Positions 37,018 to 48,846 of a stretch of DNA of 64,000 bases are shown here, one piece after another (position 1 is the stretch's first letter; each line of letters opens with the position of its first letter). This stretch comes from Ranitomeya imitator (Eukaryota). Below the pieces are notes generated by a model, which was not told the DNA's origin, made no database searches, and was given only the letters and a program-made list of their open reading frames with translations. The translations under genes and the position numbers were made by a program. Location of the stretch: NCBI RefSeq assembly GCF_032444005.1, contig NC_091283.1:558868001-558932000 (forward strand). The letters are read 5' to 3'.

Positions 37018-37741
37018 AGGTACTGTCACACTAGACGATATCGCTAGCGATCCGTGACGTTGCAGCGTCCTCGCTAGCGATATCGTCCAGTGTGACAGGC
37101 AGCAGCGATCAGGCCCCTGCTGTGCTGTCGCTGGTCGGGGAAGAAAGTCCAGAACTTTATTTCGTCGCTGGACTCCCCGTAGACATCGCTGAATCGGCGT
37201 GTGTGACACCGATTCAGCGATGTCTTCGCTGGTAACCAGGGTAAACATCGGGTAACTAAGCGCAGGGCCGCGCTTAGTAACCCGATGTTTACCCTGGTTA
37301 CCATCCTAAAAGTAAAAAAACAAACACTACATACTTACCTACAGCCGTCTGTCCTCCAGCGCTGTGCTCTGCACTCCTCCTGCTCTGGCTGTGAGCGTCG
37401 GTCAGCCGGAATACAGAGCGGTGACGTCACCGCTCTGCTTTCTGGCTGCCCGGCGCTCACAGCCAGACCAGAGAAGCAGAGCGCCGAGGACAGACGGCTG
37501 TAGGTAAGTATGTAGCGTTTGTTTTTTTACTTTTTAGGATGGTAACCAGGGTAAACATCGGGTTACTAAGCGCGGCCCTGCGCTTAGTTACCCGATGTTT
37601 ACCCTGGTTACCGGGGACCTCGGGATCGTTGGTCGCTGGAGAGCTGTCTGTGTGACAGCTCTCCAGCGACCAAACAGCGACGCTGCAGCGATCCGGATCG
37701 TTGTCGGTATCGCTGCAGCGTCGCTATGTGTGACGGTACCT
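37018..37741. mobile_element. Harbinger MITE, AGGTAC family, copy 4, inside CR1 ORF2
   Basis: TAA|AGGTACTGTCACACT ... GTGTGACGGTACCT|TAA. Removal restores DLFTCRPKTGTRGH. Confidence 0.9.
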
Positions 37742-37904
37742 TAAGACAGGGACAAGGGGGCATCCTCTACGTCTGGAGGAAAGAAGGTTTATGCGCAATA
37801 ACAAACTCGGATTCTTTACTGTAAGAGCAGTGAGACTATGAAACTCTCTGCTGTATGATGTTGTAAAGAGTGATTCATTACTAAAATTTAAAAGGGGACT
37901 GGAT

Positions 37905-38703
37905 ACTGATCGTGGGCGTCTCAATGAACACCCTGGACACCGGGTAGTCCCTAGCGACCCAATGGTTGCAGTTGACTTCCTTCTGGGAATCAGGCAGGGA
38001 GTGTGGCGCTGACCAGGGTCAACGAGCTCCCGAGTCTAGAAGTCCAGTCACGCGTTCTTCATTGACTTCCACAAAACACCTCTGTGATGTCTTGTCAGAT
38101 TGATATTCAGTACAGGATAGCTGACATGCACTGTTCGAACCTTGTTCCCGGCAACAGTACAAATGGCACAACTGCCGCCCCTTTTGCCTTGGGACACTCC
38201 CCCCTTTTTGGACCCCACCCCCTTTTGAGCAACCATACCCTTTTGGGCCACTGCCCCTTTTTAGGCCACTGCCCCTTTTTGGGTCACAGCCCCCTTTTTG
38301 GACTCCGCCCCTTTTAGGGATATCACCCCTCTCTGGGGTACACCCTGTGGACTCCCCACGGCACTCTCAGGCCACAGTTCGCACAGTACACTATCTCTCT
38401 GGGCTTGCACTGGCCCTTTAAGAGTTTGTATGACCTGGTCCACCAGTGTCCTCTTAGGACACCCCACCAGCTCCTGCTGGGGCTGCGACAGCTCCTGCTG
38501 GGGCTGCGATAGCTCCTGCTGCAGCTGCTGGCCCTGCACAGAACTTTGTGGACCCACCAACGCAAGCTGTAATCACTTTAATCTTCGTGGACCCACCGAT
38601 CCACGACAAGCCGCCCGGAGTTCGTGGACCCGCCGATCCACATCAATCACCTGCTGTAATCCTCCCAGGCACCTCCTGGATCGATGCCCACAGTCTAGCA
38701 CCA
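37905..38703 (-). pseudogene. Decayed gag and aspartic protease N-terminal half of the FXR1-carrying Gypsy; PBS-like site 38686-38703
   Basis: VTGLLDSG-SSLTLVSA, then RDYPVSRVFIETPT. Gln-rich gag-like remnant. About 20-bp tandem repeats at 38175-38325. Confidence 0.7.
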
Positions 38704-38705
38704 AA

Positions 38706-39335
38706 TGTGAGATAGCGCTCAGTGAATGTGTTGGGGAACACTCACATGGCAGCGGGATTAAGGCACGCAGGAATGATATTCCACTTAAATAGTCCATGCG
38801 GTTTTATTTAGATACAGCATAAACCCGCATAAGGTACAGTCCATTTCATTACATCAGCAATACAGGTTCTGGCTACCAGTATTGTTCCAATAGCAGATAC
38901 ACCTGTCTGCCTTTCATACAACCCCCTTGTCCGAGGTTACCTTACAGGAGCTCCGCTCCACATGCTGACTACCAGAGAAGCTGCCTTGCTTGGGACCACT
39001 GACCATACTGTGACTGGCTCGACAAGTTCCAGTCTGGCAGCTCCAGACCTTCAAAAGGACGGTAGCTTCCCCAGTTCAGATAGCCATCCTGGACTCTGCA
39101 GGCCCATGACCGCCTCCATGTGCTTTCCAGGAAGCCTGTCTTCTTCCAGGAACTTCCAACATAGAGACCATGTGACCAAACAGTCTCATTATATCCCATG
39201 AGACACACCCATTGATGGGAGGTAGGTGGTGGTGGTTAGCCAGACCCGCCCAACTCTCCCGCTAACCTGCAAGCCCAGCCCTCATAAACTAAATAAGACT
39301 CCATCATTCACAATAATGCCGTTCACTGTCTCACA
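38706..39335 (-). mobile_element. 5' LTR (630 bp) of the FXR1-carrying Gypsy
   Basis: TGTGAGA/TCTCACA termini, homologous to 25089-27135. Confidence 0.9.
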
Positions 39336-39512
39336 AAATATATACAAAGTAACAGAAGGTCAAATTATATCTCTTTACACGCATTAGAATAGTTGCTTTG
39401 TCATATAGGATCAATAAGTATCATATCAGATTTTATCACAGATAATGAGACTATACAGCCCTATGATGTCCACTAGGCTGTTCTTGCTTAGCAGCGGTGC
39501 TTGGCACCCTTA

Positions 39513-39758
39513 GGCTATGTGCACGCGTCAGGATTTCATGCAGAAATTTTCTGCACAAAACCAGACATTTTCTGCAAGAAATCCGCATGCGTTTTTTTCG
39601 CTTTTTTCTCCCTTTTTTTGCGGATTTTCCCAATACAATAATATAGTGGGAAATCCGCAAAAAATCCGCAAAATTAATGAACATGCTGCTTTTTTTTACC
39701 GCGATGCGTTTTTTTATGCGTTTTTATAGCGAAAAATCCGGAACGTGTGCACACAGCC
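39513..39758. mobile_element. Harbinger MITE (same family as 5588-5856)
   Basis: TTA|GGCTATGTGCAC ... GTGTGCACACAGCC|TTA. Confidence 0.85.
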
Positions 39759-42274
39759 TTATAATACAGGATTTGGTGCCTCTGCGCTACGGTGGCTTGC
39801 TCTTACTTGTCCTATTACTCCCCCAATGCTAAGGTAAAAAACATTCTACAGTAGTCTAGACAAAGTAAACCTATTCTCAAGATAATTCAAGCACTCCCGA
39901 TTAGAGGATATAATAAAACTTAACGTTTTGTTGTTCTCTCATGATGGCAGGCTCTACATCTCATGCCTAAGTATATGTTTGCTACTCAACCCTTTGGTAT
40001 AAATCTTTTACATGTTTTTATTCATTAATGCAAAATACATTGACCTAAATTTACCAACAAAATAAAGTACAGTTTGTCAGAAAAGAACAATCTTAGGGTA
40101 TGTGCACATAACGTCTTTTTCAGGTAGATTCCGCTCAAAGCTTTGCGTAACCTCAGCTTTAGGGTTTGTAAGCCACTTGTTATAGTTTAAATTAGAGAAA
40201 ACAGATGCTGCAAAAGCGATTGCAAAACCATCAGCAAAGCCGCTTCAGGAAGAATATCTCCAAATTTTTCCTGAATCCGCTTTGCCTTGGAAAGCTTTGG
40301 CACATCTATTGGTACAGAATAACTGTTCATCAGGCTCTCAGGGCATCATAGCAAGGCCAAACATTTGACTACACCTTCCCACCTGCTTGTTTTCCATGTA
40401 TGCCCTTCTCTGGCTTTATTAAGCTAGAACTGTCAGTCAAAGGAGGAGGGATGGAGATAGATGGAAAACAAGTAGGAGAGATTGTTGTTGTATTGTCTTG
40501 GTGATTATCAAGATGTTTCCTGTAAAAATTGAGATTAGCCTTTATTTGCCAGCAATCACTTTTTCTTTAAACGAACCCCCGCCCCCCTCCCCCGGACAGC
40601 ACACGGGAGGATGTAACCCCTTTAATAGGGACGGGAAACACAAAGGAGCTCAGATAGCCCCTATCACATCCTCCCCTCAGTGTTATTCCTGTCCTTGTCA
40701 GGGATGAAAAGGTCATCCAACAGTGTGCTGTGCTAACCGACCGCAGACACCCAGTGAAAATTGGCATAGCCGAGCAGCAGGGAACCGACAGGCATTCCTC
40801 TCCTCCTCAGACGCTGCTCCCGTCTCCATAAGGGATTCGGGACTCCCGCCAGTCCGTACCTTTAGGCAAGGTCTGAGGGTTTCTTTGGGCTGGAGGCCTA
40901 TCCGAGCTATCCAGCCCATCTCTGCTGGTGTGAGAAGCTTCGATGCATCACGCTGAAGCGCATGCAGCTTCCTGGTCTGTACGTGCAGCGGCGCCGTAAG
41001 TGCTTCCGGGTCCTTGCGTTCCACCCTGGAACGCATTGCAAAAGACCGTTATAGGAGAAACAGTGGTTTCGGTCGCTGATAGGTGTTGGGCCTTGCCCCT
41101 CACACCTGGACATCAGGGGGAGAAGGTCCCCTAATGAGGAGGGCAGGTGTTGGATTCAGTCACCTATATAAGAGCCCCAGATAAGAAAGACACCTCAAGG
41201 TTGGACCAACCTTATGTTTGTATCATGGAGGTGCCAGGTTCTTCCCGCTCTGCATCTGCAGATCCCACCACCTATCCAGTCCCAGTTAGTATGCTGGTAC
41301 TGGGAGTCATTCACCTGGGTGCAAGTGCAATATATTACTATTCCTTCGCCTGTCTCTTCCAGGGGAACAAGGAACCTGCACCAGAGAGCAGATCCAAGCC
41401 TTCACGCAAATGTGCAGCCTGCACAAAAAAACTGGATTCTTCCCATAAAGAAAGCCTTATGTAAAGCAGGCACTGAAAGGATCATCAGGGAAGAACAGCT
41501 TTCCTTAATAGAAGAAATCAGAGGCATAGTCCGCCAGGAGATCAAAACCTCCCTGGCCTCTTTCTCAGCCCACACCCTCCCCCAGTGTCCCCCCAGGGTC
41601 TAAAAAAAGAAAGATTAACCTGAAAATGGAAGGGGACGATGAATATCAGGATGAAATGTCAATTCTGGAAGGGTGCGAGCTAGGTCTGGACACGGAGACC
41701 TCACAACAGGAGAAATACTACTTCTCGTAAAATATGGAAGAACTCCTTTTGGGTGTAAGGAGAACTATGGCGGTAGAGAAGGAGAGAACTTCCCAGACAG
41801 TACAGGAAGAAATGTTCGACAGTCTCTGGTCAAGGATAAAACAAGTATTTCCCATCCATTAAAATATTTGGGACCTTGTACTAGAGGAGTGGGAATACCC
41901 AGAGAAAAGGCTGAACACTCCCGCTGAGCTGAAAGACAGATTCCCTGGCTGCATGCTGGTCAGAAATACCGGAAATTAATGTCCAGATCGCACGTATAGG
42001 CAAGAAGACAACCTTGGCGCTTGAGGATTCCTCACAGGTGAAGGACCCCCTAGAGCGCAAGATGGATAGTCTTTTAAGAAAATCCTGGGAGACCTCGGCG
42101 ACATTATTGAATACCAACGCCATCTCTACCTGTGTGGTTCGGTCCATATCCCGTTGGCTTGGACAACTGGAAGAACACCTGCCTACGGGTACTCCTAGAG
42201 AGGACATTCTGGTTTCTCTACCTCTCCTCAAGAAGGCAACGGTGTTCCTGGCAGACGCCTTGGAGAGTCCGTAA

Positions 42275-42539
42275 GGCTACGTTCACATTAGCGTCGCTGT
42301 TGCGTCGGCGACGCAGCGGCGACGCGCCCCTATGTTTAACATAGGGGACGCGTGCGTCTTTTTGCACGCGTTTTCCGACACGTGCGTCGTTTTAGACGCT
42401 AGCGTCGGACGCAAGAAAACGCTACAAGTTGCATTTTTCTTGCGTCCGATTTCGGCAAAAAACGACGCACGCGTCGCAAAACGCGTTTTTCCGTGCGTCG
42501 CCGACGCAACAGCGACGCGTTGCTAATGTGAACGTAGCC
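42275..42539. mobile_element. Harbinger MITE (GGCTACGTTCACA)
   Basis: TAA|GGCTACGTTCACATTAGC ... GCTAATGTGAACGTAGCC|TAA. Confidence 0.9.
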
Positions 42540-42650
42540 TAAGAGTGGCAGCAAGGTCATCAGGCTTATCAAACTCGGTAAGGCGAGCACTCTGGTTTAG
42601 ATCCTGGAGGGGAATGATGAAGTTATGCTCTATTCCTTTAAAGAGAAATA

Positions 42651-43985
42651 CAAGTGCTTCTCGCAAAATTAGAATATCATCAAAAAGTTAATTTATTTCA
42701 GTTCTTCAATACTAAAAGTGAAACTCGTATATAGAGTGATTACAAACAGAGTGATCTATTTCAAGTATTTATTTCTCTTTAGGTTGATGATTATGGCTTA
42801 CAGCCAATGAAAACCCAAAAGTCATTATATCAGTAAATTAGAATACTTTATAACACCAGCTTGAAAAATGCTTTTAAAATCCAAGATGTTGGCCTACTGA
42901 AATGTTGAGTAAATGCACTCATTACTTGGTTGGGGCTCCTTTTGCATCAATTACTGCATCAATGCGGCATGGCATGGAGGCGATCAGCCTGTGGCACTGC
43001 TTAGGTGAAAGGTTGCTTTGATAGCAGCCTTCAGCTAATCTGCATTGTTGGGTCTGGTGTCTCACATCTTCCTCTTGACAATACCCCATAGATTCTCTAT
43101 GGGGTTAAGGTCAGGTGAGTTTGCTGGCCAATTAAGCACAGTGATACTGACTGTTTTAAACCAGTTATTGGTACTTTTGGCAGTGTGGACAGGTTCCAAG
43201 ACCTGCTGGAGAATTAAATTTCCATCTCCAAAAAGCTTTAGCATGAAGTGCTCTAAAAATTCCTGGTAGACGGCTGCGCTGACTTTGGTCTTGTTAAAAC
43301 ACAGTGGACCTACACCAGCAGATGACATGGCTCCACAACAAACCATCACTGATTGTGGAAACTTGACACTAGACCTCAAGCAGCTTGAATTGTGTGTCTA
43401 TCCACTCTTCTTCCAGACTCTGGGACCTTGATTTCCAAATGAAATGCAAAATTTACTTTCATCTGAAACCAACACCTTGGAGCACTGAGCAACAGTCCAA
43501 TTCTTTTTCTCCTTGGCCCAGATGAGATGCTTCTGGCGTTGTCTATTGGTCATGAGTGGCTTGACACAAGGAATGCGACACTTGTAGCCCATGTCCTAGA
43601 TACATCTGTGTGTGGTGGCTCTTGAAGCAATGACTCCAGCAGCAGTCCACTCCTTGTTAATTTCTCCCAAATTTTTGAATGGCTTTTTCTTAACAATCCT
43701 TTCAAGGATGCGGTTACCTCAGTTGCTTGTTCACCTTTTTCTACCACACTTTTTCCTTCCACTCAACTTTCCATGAATATGGTTGGATACAGCACTCTGT
43801 GAACAGCAATCTTCTTTAGCAATGACCGTTTGTGGCTTACCCTCCTTGTGGAGTGTATCTGTGACTGCCTTCTGGACATCTGTCAAGTCAGCAGTCTTGC
43901 CCATGATTGTGGAGCCTACTAAAACAGACTAAGGGACCATTTTAATTGCTTAGGAAGCCTTTGCATGTGTTTTTGTTAATCTTTT
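42651..43985 (-). mobile_element. Tc1 transposon with one TIR and a decayed transposase (ATG near 43904)
   Basis: TA|CAAGTGCTTCTCGCAAAATTAGAAT. SDESKF, QQVLEPVH (second Asp lost), WPANSPDLNPIENLW. Confidence 0.88.
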
Positions 43986-45679
43986 AGATGACTCTAATTT
44001 TGAGAGTAAAGGTGACACAACTCTCCTCTCCAGAACTACAAGCCACCTTGGTTGCGGAAGTAAAAACCTACTGTCCTCAAAGGTAGTCTCCCTTGTCCCT
44101 TAAAAGGAAAAGAACAGATTACAATATTCCAATCTTTTCCTAATAAAAAAAAAACTGAACTCATCAGGCCATAATCAACTTGAAACCCCTTAACCATTAC
44201 ATAGTATAAAGAAAGTTCAAGATGGAATCCGTCAGGTCAACAGTCCCTCAAATAGGCCAAGATTTAGTCACGGTAGCGATCGATCTACAGTATGCATACG
44301 ATCACATTCCTAATCATCTGACCTATTATTTATATAGCACCATTAATTCGATGACCTATCAAAGTTCCTAAGGTTCGTGGTCGTCAAGTGAAAATATATA
44401 GTACCCTATCAGTTCAATGTTTTCCCAGTCGGAATATCATCTTCACTAGGGATTTTCACAAAGATCATGTCTCAAGTCATGGCATACATCATTCCGTACC
44501 TCAACGAACTTTCTGCTGGTGGCATCCTTAATACCGATACTCCAGGAACATCTGCATATAACAACTCAGATCCTGTCATCCCTGGGTTGGTTAGTGAACC
44601 AGAAAAAATCAGACATGGTTTCTACATTCTCACAAACAAACATCCTTTTTGTCCAAACAAAACATATCCTATTAAGATCAAGGATAAAAATACTACAAAG
44701 CAAGAAGGTAACGTCAATAAGGTGTGCCATGTCAGTCCTCGGATCCATGACATCCTGCATCCAGATGGTAGCGTGGGCCCAGGCATATACGAGAATTGTA
44801 CAGGCTCATATTCTTCCAAATTGGGATGGATCCCCAGAGTCCTTAAACAGAAAGATCCCAATACCACCTCAGGTAAAAGCGTCTTTATACTGGTGACTCT
44901 GCCCAAAGAACCTAAACAAAGGTGTACTTTGGATGCAGAACCCCCATGGTCACCATAAAAGTAGATGCAAGCAGAAAGGAATGGGGAGCCATGCTTTCCC
45001 AGGAGGTATCCCAGGATCTCTGGTCAGACAGTCATCCAACAATCCTCAAACGTCAGAGAACTAAAGGCGGTAGAGGAGGTGCTCAGAGCCGCTATATCTC
45101 TAGTTCAAAGTACCCATGTGAAGCTCTACTCAGACAACATGACAACAGTAGCCCACCTCCGTCATCAAGGGAGCACGAGACACGAACATCTAAAATCAAT
45201 TTCGGCAACAATATTCTCCTGAGCCGAAGAACACCTCTCGTCTGCTCTCCACATAAAAGGGGGTCAATCAACATACAGGCCGACTTTCTCAGCAGAATGA
45301 GAATTCATCCAGGGGAATGGGGTCTAGACCCTCAGGTCTTTCAAACATTAACCAGAAAGTGGAGTCTTCCGGAAGTGGACCTCTTCGCAAGTGGTCAGAA
45401 CGCGAAGGTGGCTCAATTTTTTTTTTTCCTAGATCCACACGATGCTTGCCCTAGGGGTGGACGCGTTGGCTCACCGGTAGAAATTCAAACTGGCACATAC
45501 CTTCCCTCCTGTGCCAATCCAACCAAGAGTCCTACAAAAAGTAATATCCGAAAAAGCCAAGGTGATTCTAGTAGCACCATTCTGGCCAAAGAGAAGCTGG
45601 TTCGGTACACTAAACAACTTAAGTATAGAAGGGGTCGTAACACTTCCTCCATTCAGAGACCACCTTCACTAGGGACCAG

Positions 45680-45812
45680 TTCATTATTTTTTATTTATAT
45701 AGCACCATTGATTCCATGGTGCTGTACATGAGAAGGGGTTACATGCAAATTATAGATATCACTTACAGTAAGCAAACTAACAATTACTTACTGATACAAA
45801 GGGGCAAGGACA
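45680..45812 (-). mobile_element. L2/CR1-group 3' tail fragment
   Basis: Reverse complement of TGTACAGCACCATGG..TGGTGCTATATAAAT. Same tail at 52188-52330 and, short, at about 44325-44350. Confidence 0.6.
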
Positions 45813-47149
45813 TTCATCATCCGAATCCCAAGAAGCTACACCTAACTGCCTGGCTTCTGGATTCTTGATTCTGAAAACCAGTGGTTTTTCAGATATTTAT
45901 TAAAACTCTGCAGAGAAGTAGGAAACTAGTGACGAACGCCATATATCAGTAGATATGGAAGACCTTCATCTCATGGAGTGCACATGAACAGCAAGACCTA
46001 CATCAGCCAAACATTTCAAGAATCCTGGATTTCCTACAGGAAGGTCTGAAGAAAGGTCTCAAACCTAGTACCCTCAAGGTCCAAGTGGTAGGTCCAAGTG
46101 GTGGATCCAAGTTCCTATTTCGACCAGACCCTAGCCAACCACCACTGGGTTAAGGTAATTTATAACAGCAGCATCTCGCCAACGTCCTAGAATTACTAAA
46201 CTAATCCCTTCCTGGGACTTCAATATCGTTCTTAAAGGGCTCACACTACCACCTTCTGAACCATTATCATCTATAGATAACTACAGCCAGGAGAGTTTGT
46301 GAATTACAGGCTCTGTCAATTAATGAGCCCTACATGAGGGTTGTGGAAGACTGACTTATTCTTCAATTAGACCCATCGTTCTTACCTAAGGTGGTTTCGG
46401 AGTCCCACAGGTCTCAGGAAATAATCCTTCCCTCCTGTCAAAAAACAACGAATGAAAAAGAAAAGGAGTTCCGCACTCTGGACATAAGGAGAATTGTTCT
46501 TCACTATCTCCAGGAAATGGGGAAGTGTAAATTCTCAGAGGGGTGTAATTTCCAAAATGTGATCACTTTAGGGGGGATTCTGCTCTTCTGGCACTTAGGG
46601 ATCTGTATATGGAGTCCGCAAACTATTCTATAATAATTTGTTGTTCAAGAGGCAAATAGCGCTCCGTCCCTCCCAAGTTTCTCTTAATGGCTAAGTAATA
46701 CTGTATAGCCACATATGAGGTATTGCCAGGTTCAGCAGAAATTGTGGGACTAATTTGTTGTGCCATTTTTACCCGTTTTTCCCTGGGAAAATTTAAATCT
46801 GGGACTAAAACATTTTTTTTGTGGTTAAAATCTGTGTTTTAACCCAGCATGTCTTCACATTACATAGCAAAAACTTGCTGACAGATTCCCTTTAATTATT
46901 GCCACATAGTACTTTGTTTTCCTGCAGTGCCATCTGAAGAAATATGTATGACTGTGTGTAGCTTCCCCCAACAACCCCTTGATTTACCCAAACTCATGGA
47001 ATTACATGCTAAGCATATATTAGGAATTGCTGTAAGTTGGTTTCAGAATGGGTGGTCCCACCATTAAATATCTTATCCATTGCGCAGATGATAGAATCTA
47101 AAAGGAAAAAATATCCATTTTATAAAGGATCTCGTAGAGTTACAACATG

Positions 47150-48294
47150 CAGAACAGACTGAAAGTTTGGACACACCTTCCCATTTTCTGATTTTTCTGT
47201 ATTTTCATGACAGAAAATTGTACATTCATACTGAAGGCATCAAAACTATGAATTAACACATGTGGAATTATATACTTAATTTCCGTTGTTTCACACTTTT
47301 TTGTTATGTCTTATATTTTAGGTTCTTCAAAGTAGCCACCTTTTGCTTTGATGACTGCTTTGCACACTCTTAGCATTCTTTTTTTTATGAGTTTCAAGAG
47401 GTGGTCACCGGGAATCTTCTTCCAACAATCTTGAAGGAGTTCCCAGAGATGCTTAAGTCCAGCTCTCCCCAAACCATCTCGATTGGGTTCAGGTCTGGTG
47501 ACTGTGGAGGCCAGGTCATCTGGCGTATCACCCCATCACTCTCCTTGGTAAATAGCCCTTACACAGCCTGGAGGTGTTTTGGGGTCACTGTCCTGTTGAA
47601 AAATAACAGCATTGACCTGGTCTCTAATCTGAGCTGCTGTTAACCTGCGAATTCTGAGGCAGGTGACTCGCATAAACTTATCCTCAGAAGCAGAGGTGAC
47701 TCTTGGTCTTCCTTTCCTGGGGCAGTCCTCATGTGAGCCAGTTTTTTTGTAGCGCTTGATGGTTTTTGCCACTGCACTTGGGGACACTTTCAAAGTTTTC
47801 CCAATTTTTCGGACTGACTGACCATCATTTCTTAAAGTAATGATGGCCACTCGTTTTTCTTTACTTAGATGTTTTTTTCTTGCCATAATACAAATTCTAA
47901 CAGTCTATTCAGTAGGACTCTCCGCTGTGTATCCACCAGACTTCTGCACAACACGACTGATGGTCCCAACCACATTTATAAGGCAAGAAATCCCACTTAT
48001 TAAACCTGACAGGGCACACCTGTGAAGTGAAAACCATTCCCGGTGACTACCTCTTGAAGCTCATCAAGAGAACGCCAAGAGTGTGCAAAGCAGTCATCAA
48101 AGCAAAAGGTGGCTACTTTGAAGAACCTAGAATATGACATAATTTCAGTTGTTTCACACTTTTTTGTTATGTATATAATTCCACGTGTTAATTCATAGTT
48201 TTGATGCCTTCAGTGTGAATTTACATTTTTTCATAGTCATGAAAATACAGAAAAATCTTTAAATGAGGTGTGTCCAAACTTTTGGTCTGTACTG
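47150..48294 (-). mobile_element. Internally deleted Tc1 (long-TIR family) with the transposase HTH region
   Basis: TIR CAGTACAGACCAAAAGTTTGGACACACC. MARKKHLSKEKRVAII...RKGRPRVTS. Confidence 0.85.
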
Positions 48295-48798
48295 TATATC
48301 GTGGCGCCATCTTGTGTTCAAAGCATAGCAGTGTGCATGGCCACGTAATGAGCAGCATATCCTGAATATTTGGTCATTTTCCCGTAGCTATTTATCTGTA
48401 CAGTAAGCCTCTGTTCACTACAGAACATCAAAAGAAATGACTTATGGCCTGCCCTGCCTGTTGTAGCTTAGCAGTATTGCTGGGAAATCTCCTATTGATG
48501 GGGAAAGTATACAGGGACTATTTTGTCAGCTGTCAGAAGGTGAAGGAGACTGATTATGCCCATAGCTACCCTAATCAGCACAGATTAGTGGCAGCACCTA
48601 GTAACCGGGTGTGTTTTAAGTGGTGTTTGATGCACTATTGTGATTGGTAAATAAGCCCCAAAATTTCAGCGTTACAAGTGAATTTTCCCTCCACTCCTCC
48701 AACACCATGTCTGCTGTTTGTGTCACAGGCATTTCTTCCTCTCTAGCGTAATGATTGGACTCCTATTTCCTAAACCCTGTAAATTCTTGTTTTTGTAG

Positions 48799-48846
48799 GA
48801 AGAGGACGATTCTGAGAAAGACAATCAGGAGACTGATGAAACAAAG
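48799..48846 (+). CDS. SAP30BP: SAP30BP coding exon 3 (48 nt; EEDDSEKDNQETDETK)
   Basis: ttttgtag|GAA ... AAG|gtattt, phase 0-0. 16 codons aligning to human EDDDSETEKPEADDPK. Confidence 0.85.

Larger units (their letters stand above)
30570..37898 (+). mobile_element. Near full-length decayed CR1 LINE: ORF1 (Zn finger plus SGNH esterase, about 30801-31770) and ORF2 (APE-RT, about 31930-37898), with nested insertions
   Basis: VLVVGDSIIR, VHIGIND, HLNGEG; ISETWLD, IMGDFN, LDLIL, SGVPQGSVLGP, FADD, LVRPHLEYCVQFWSP, TRGHPLRLEE. Many frameshifts. Confidence 0.92.
25089..39335 (-). mobile_element. Non-autonomous Gypsy (Gmr1-like) LTR retrotransposon carrying a captured FXR1 cDNA, with nested insertions
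   Basis: Two homologous LTRs in the same orientation with TGTGAGA...TCTCACA ends. PBS-like TGGTG site beside the 5' LTR and PPT beside the 3' LTR. Protease halves at 37905-38045 and 30530-30570. Flanks ATAT/AAAT (one mismatch). Confidence 0.82.
40560..46510 (+). mobile_element. Decayed DIRS1-like element C (gag, RT, RNase H, methyltransferase-like, tyrosine recombinase remnants)
   Basis: KFKMESVRS, IDLQYAY, VDASRKEWGA, NVRELKAV, YSDNMTT, EVDLFAS, and YR-like ..PSFLPKVVS..SQEIILPS. Interrupted by a MITE, Tc1 and L2 tails. Confidence 0.78.

Noticed and set aside
38686-38703. Assignment of a specific primer tRNA
   Set aside because: It starts TGGTG at the right position, but I could not match 18 nt to a recalled tRNA 3' end.
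40295-40336. CTGATGA followed by a short stem on the minus strand
   Set aside because: No GAAA follows helix II, so it is not a hammerhead.
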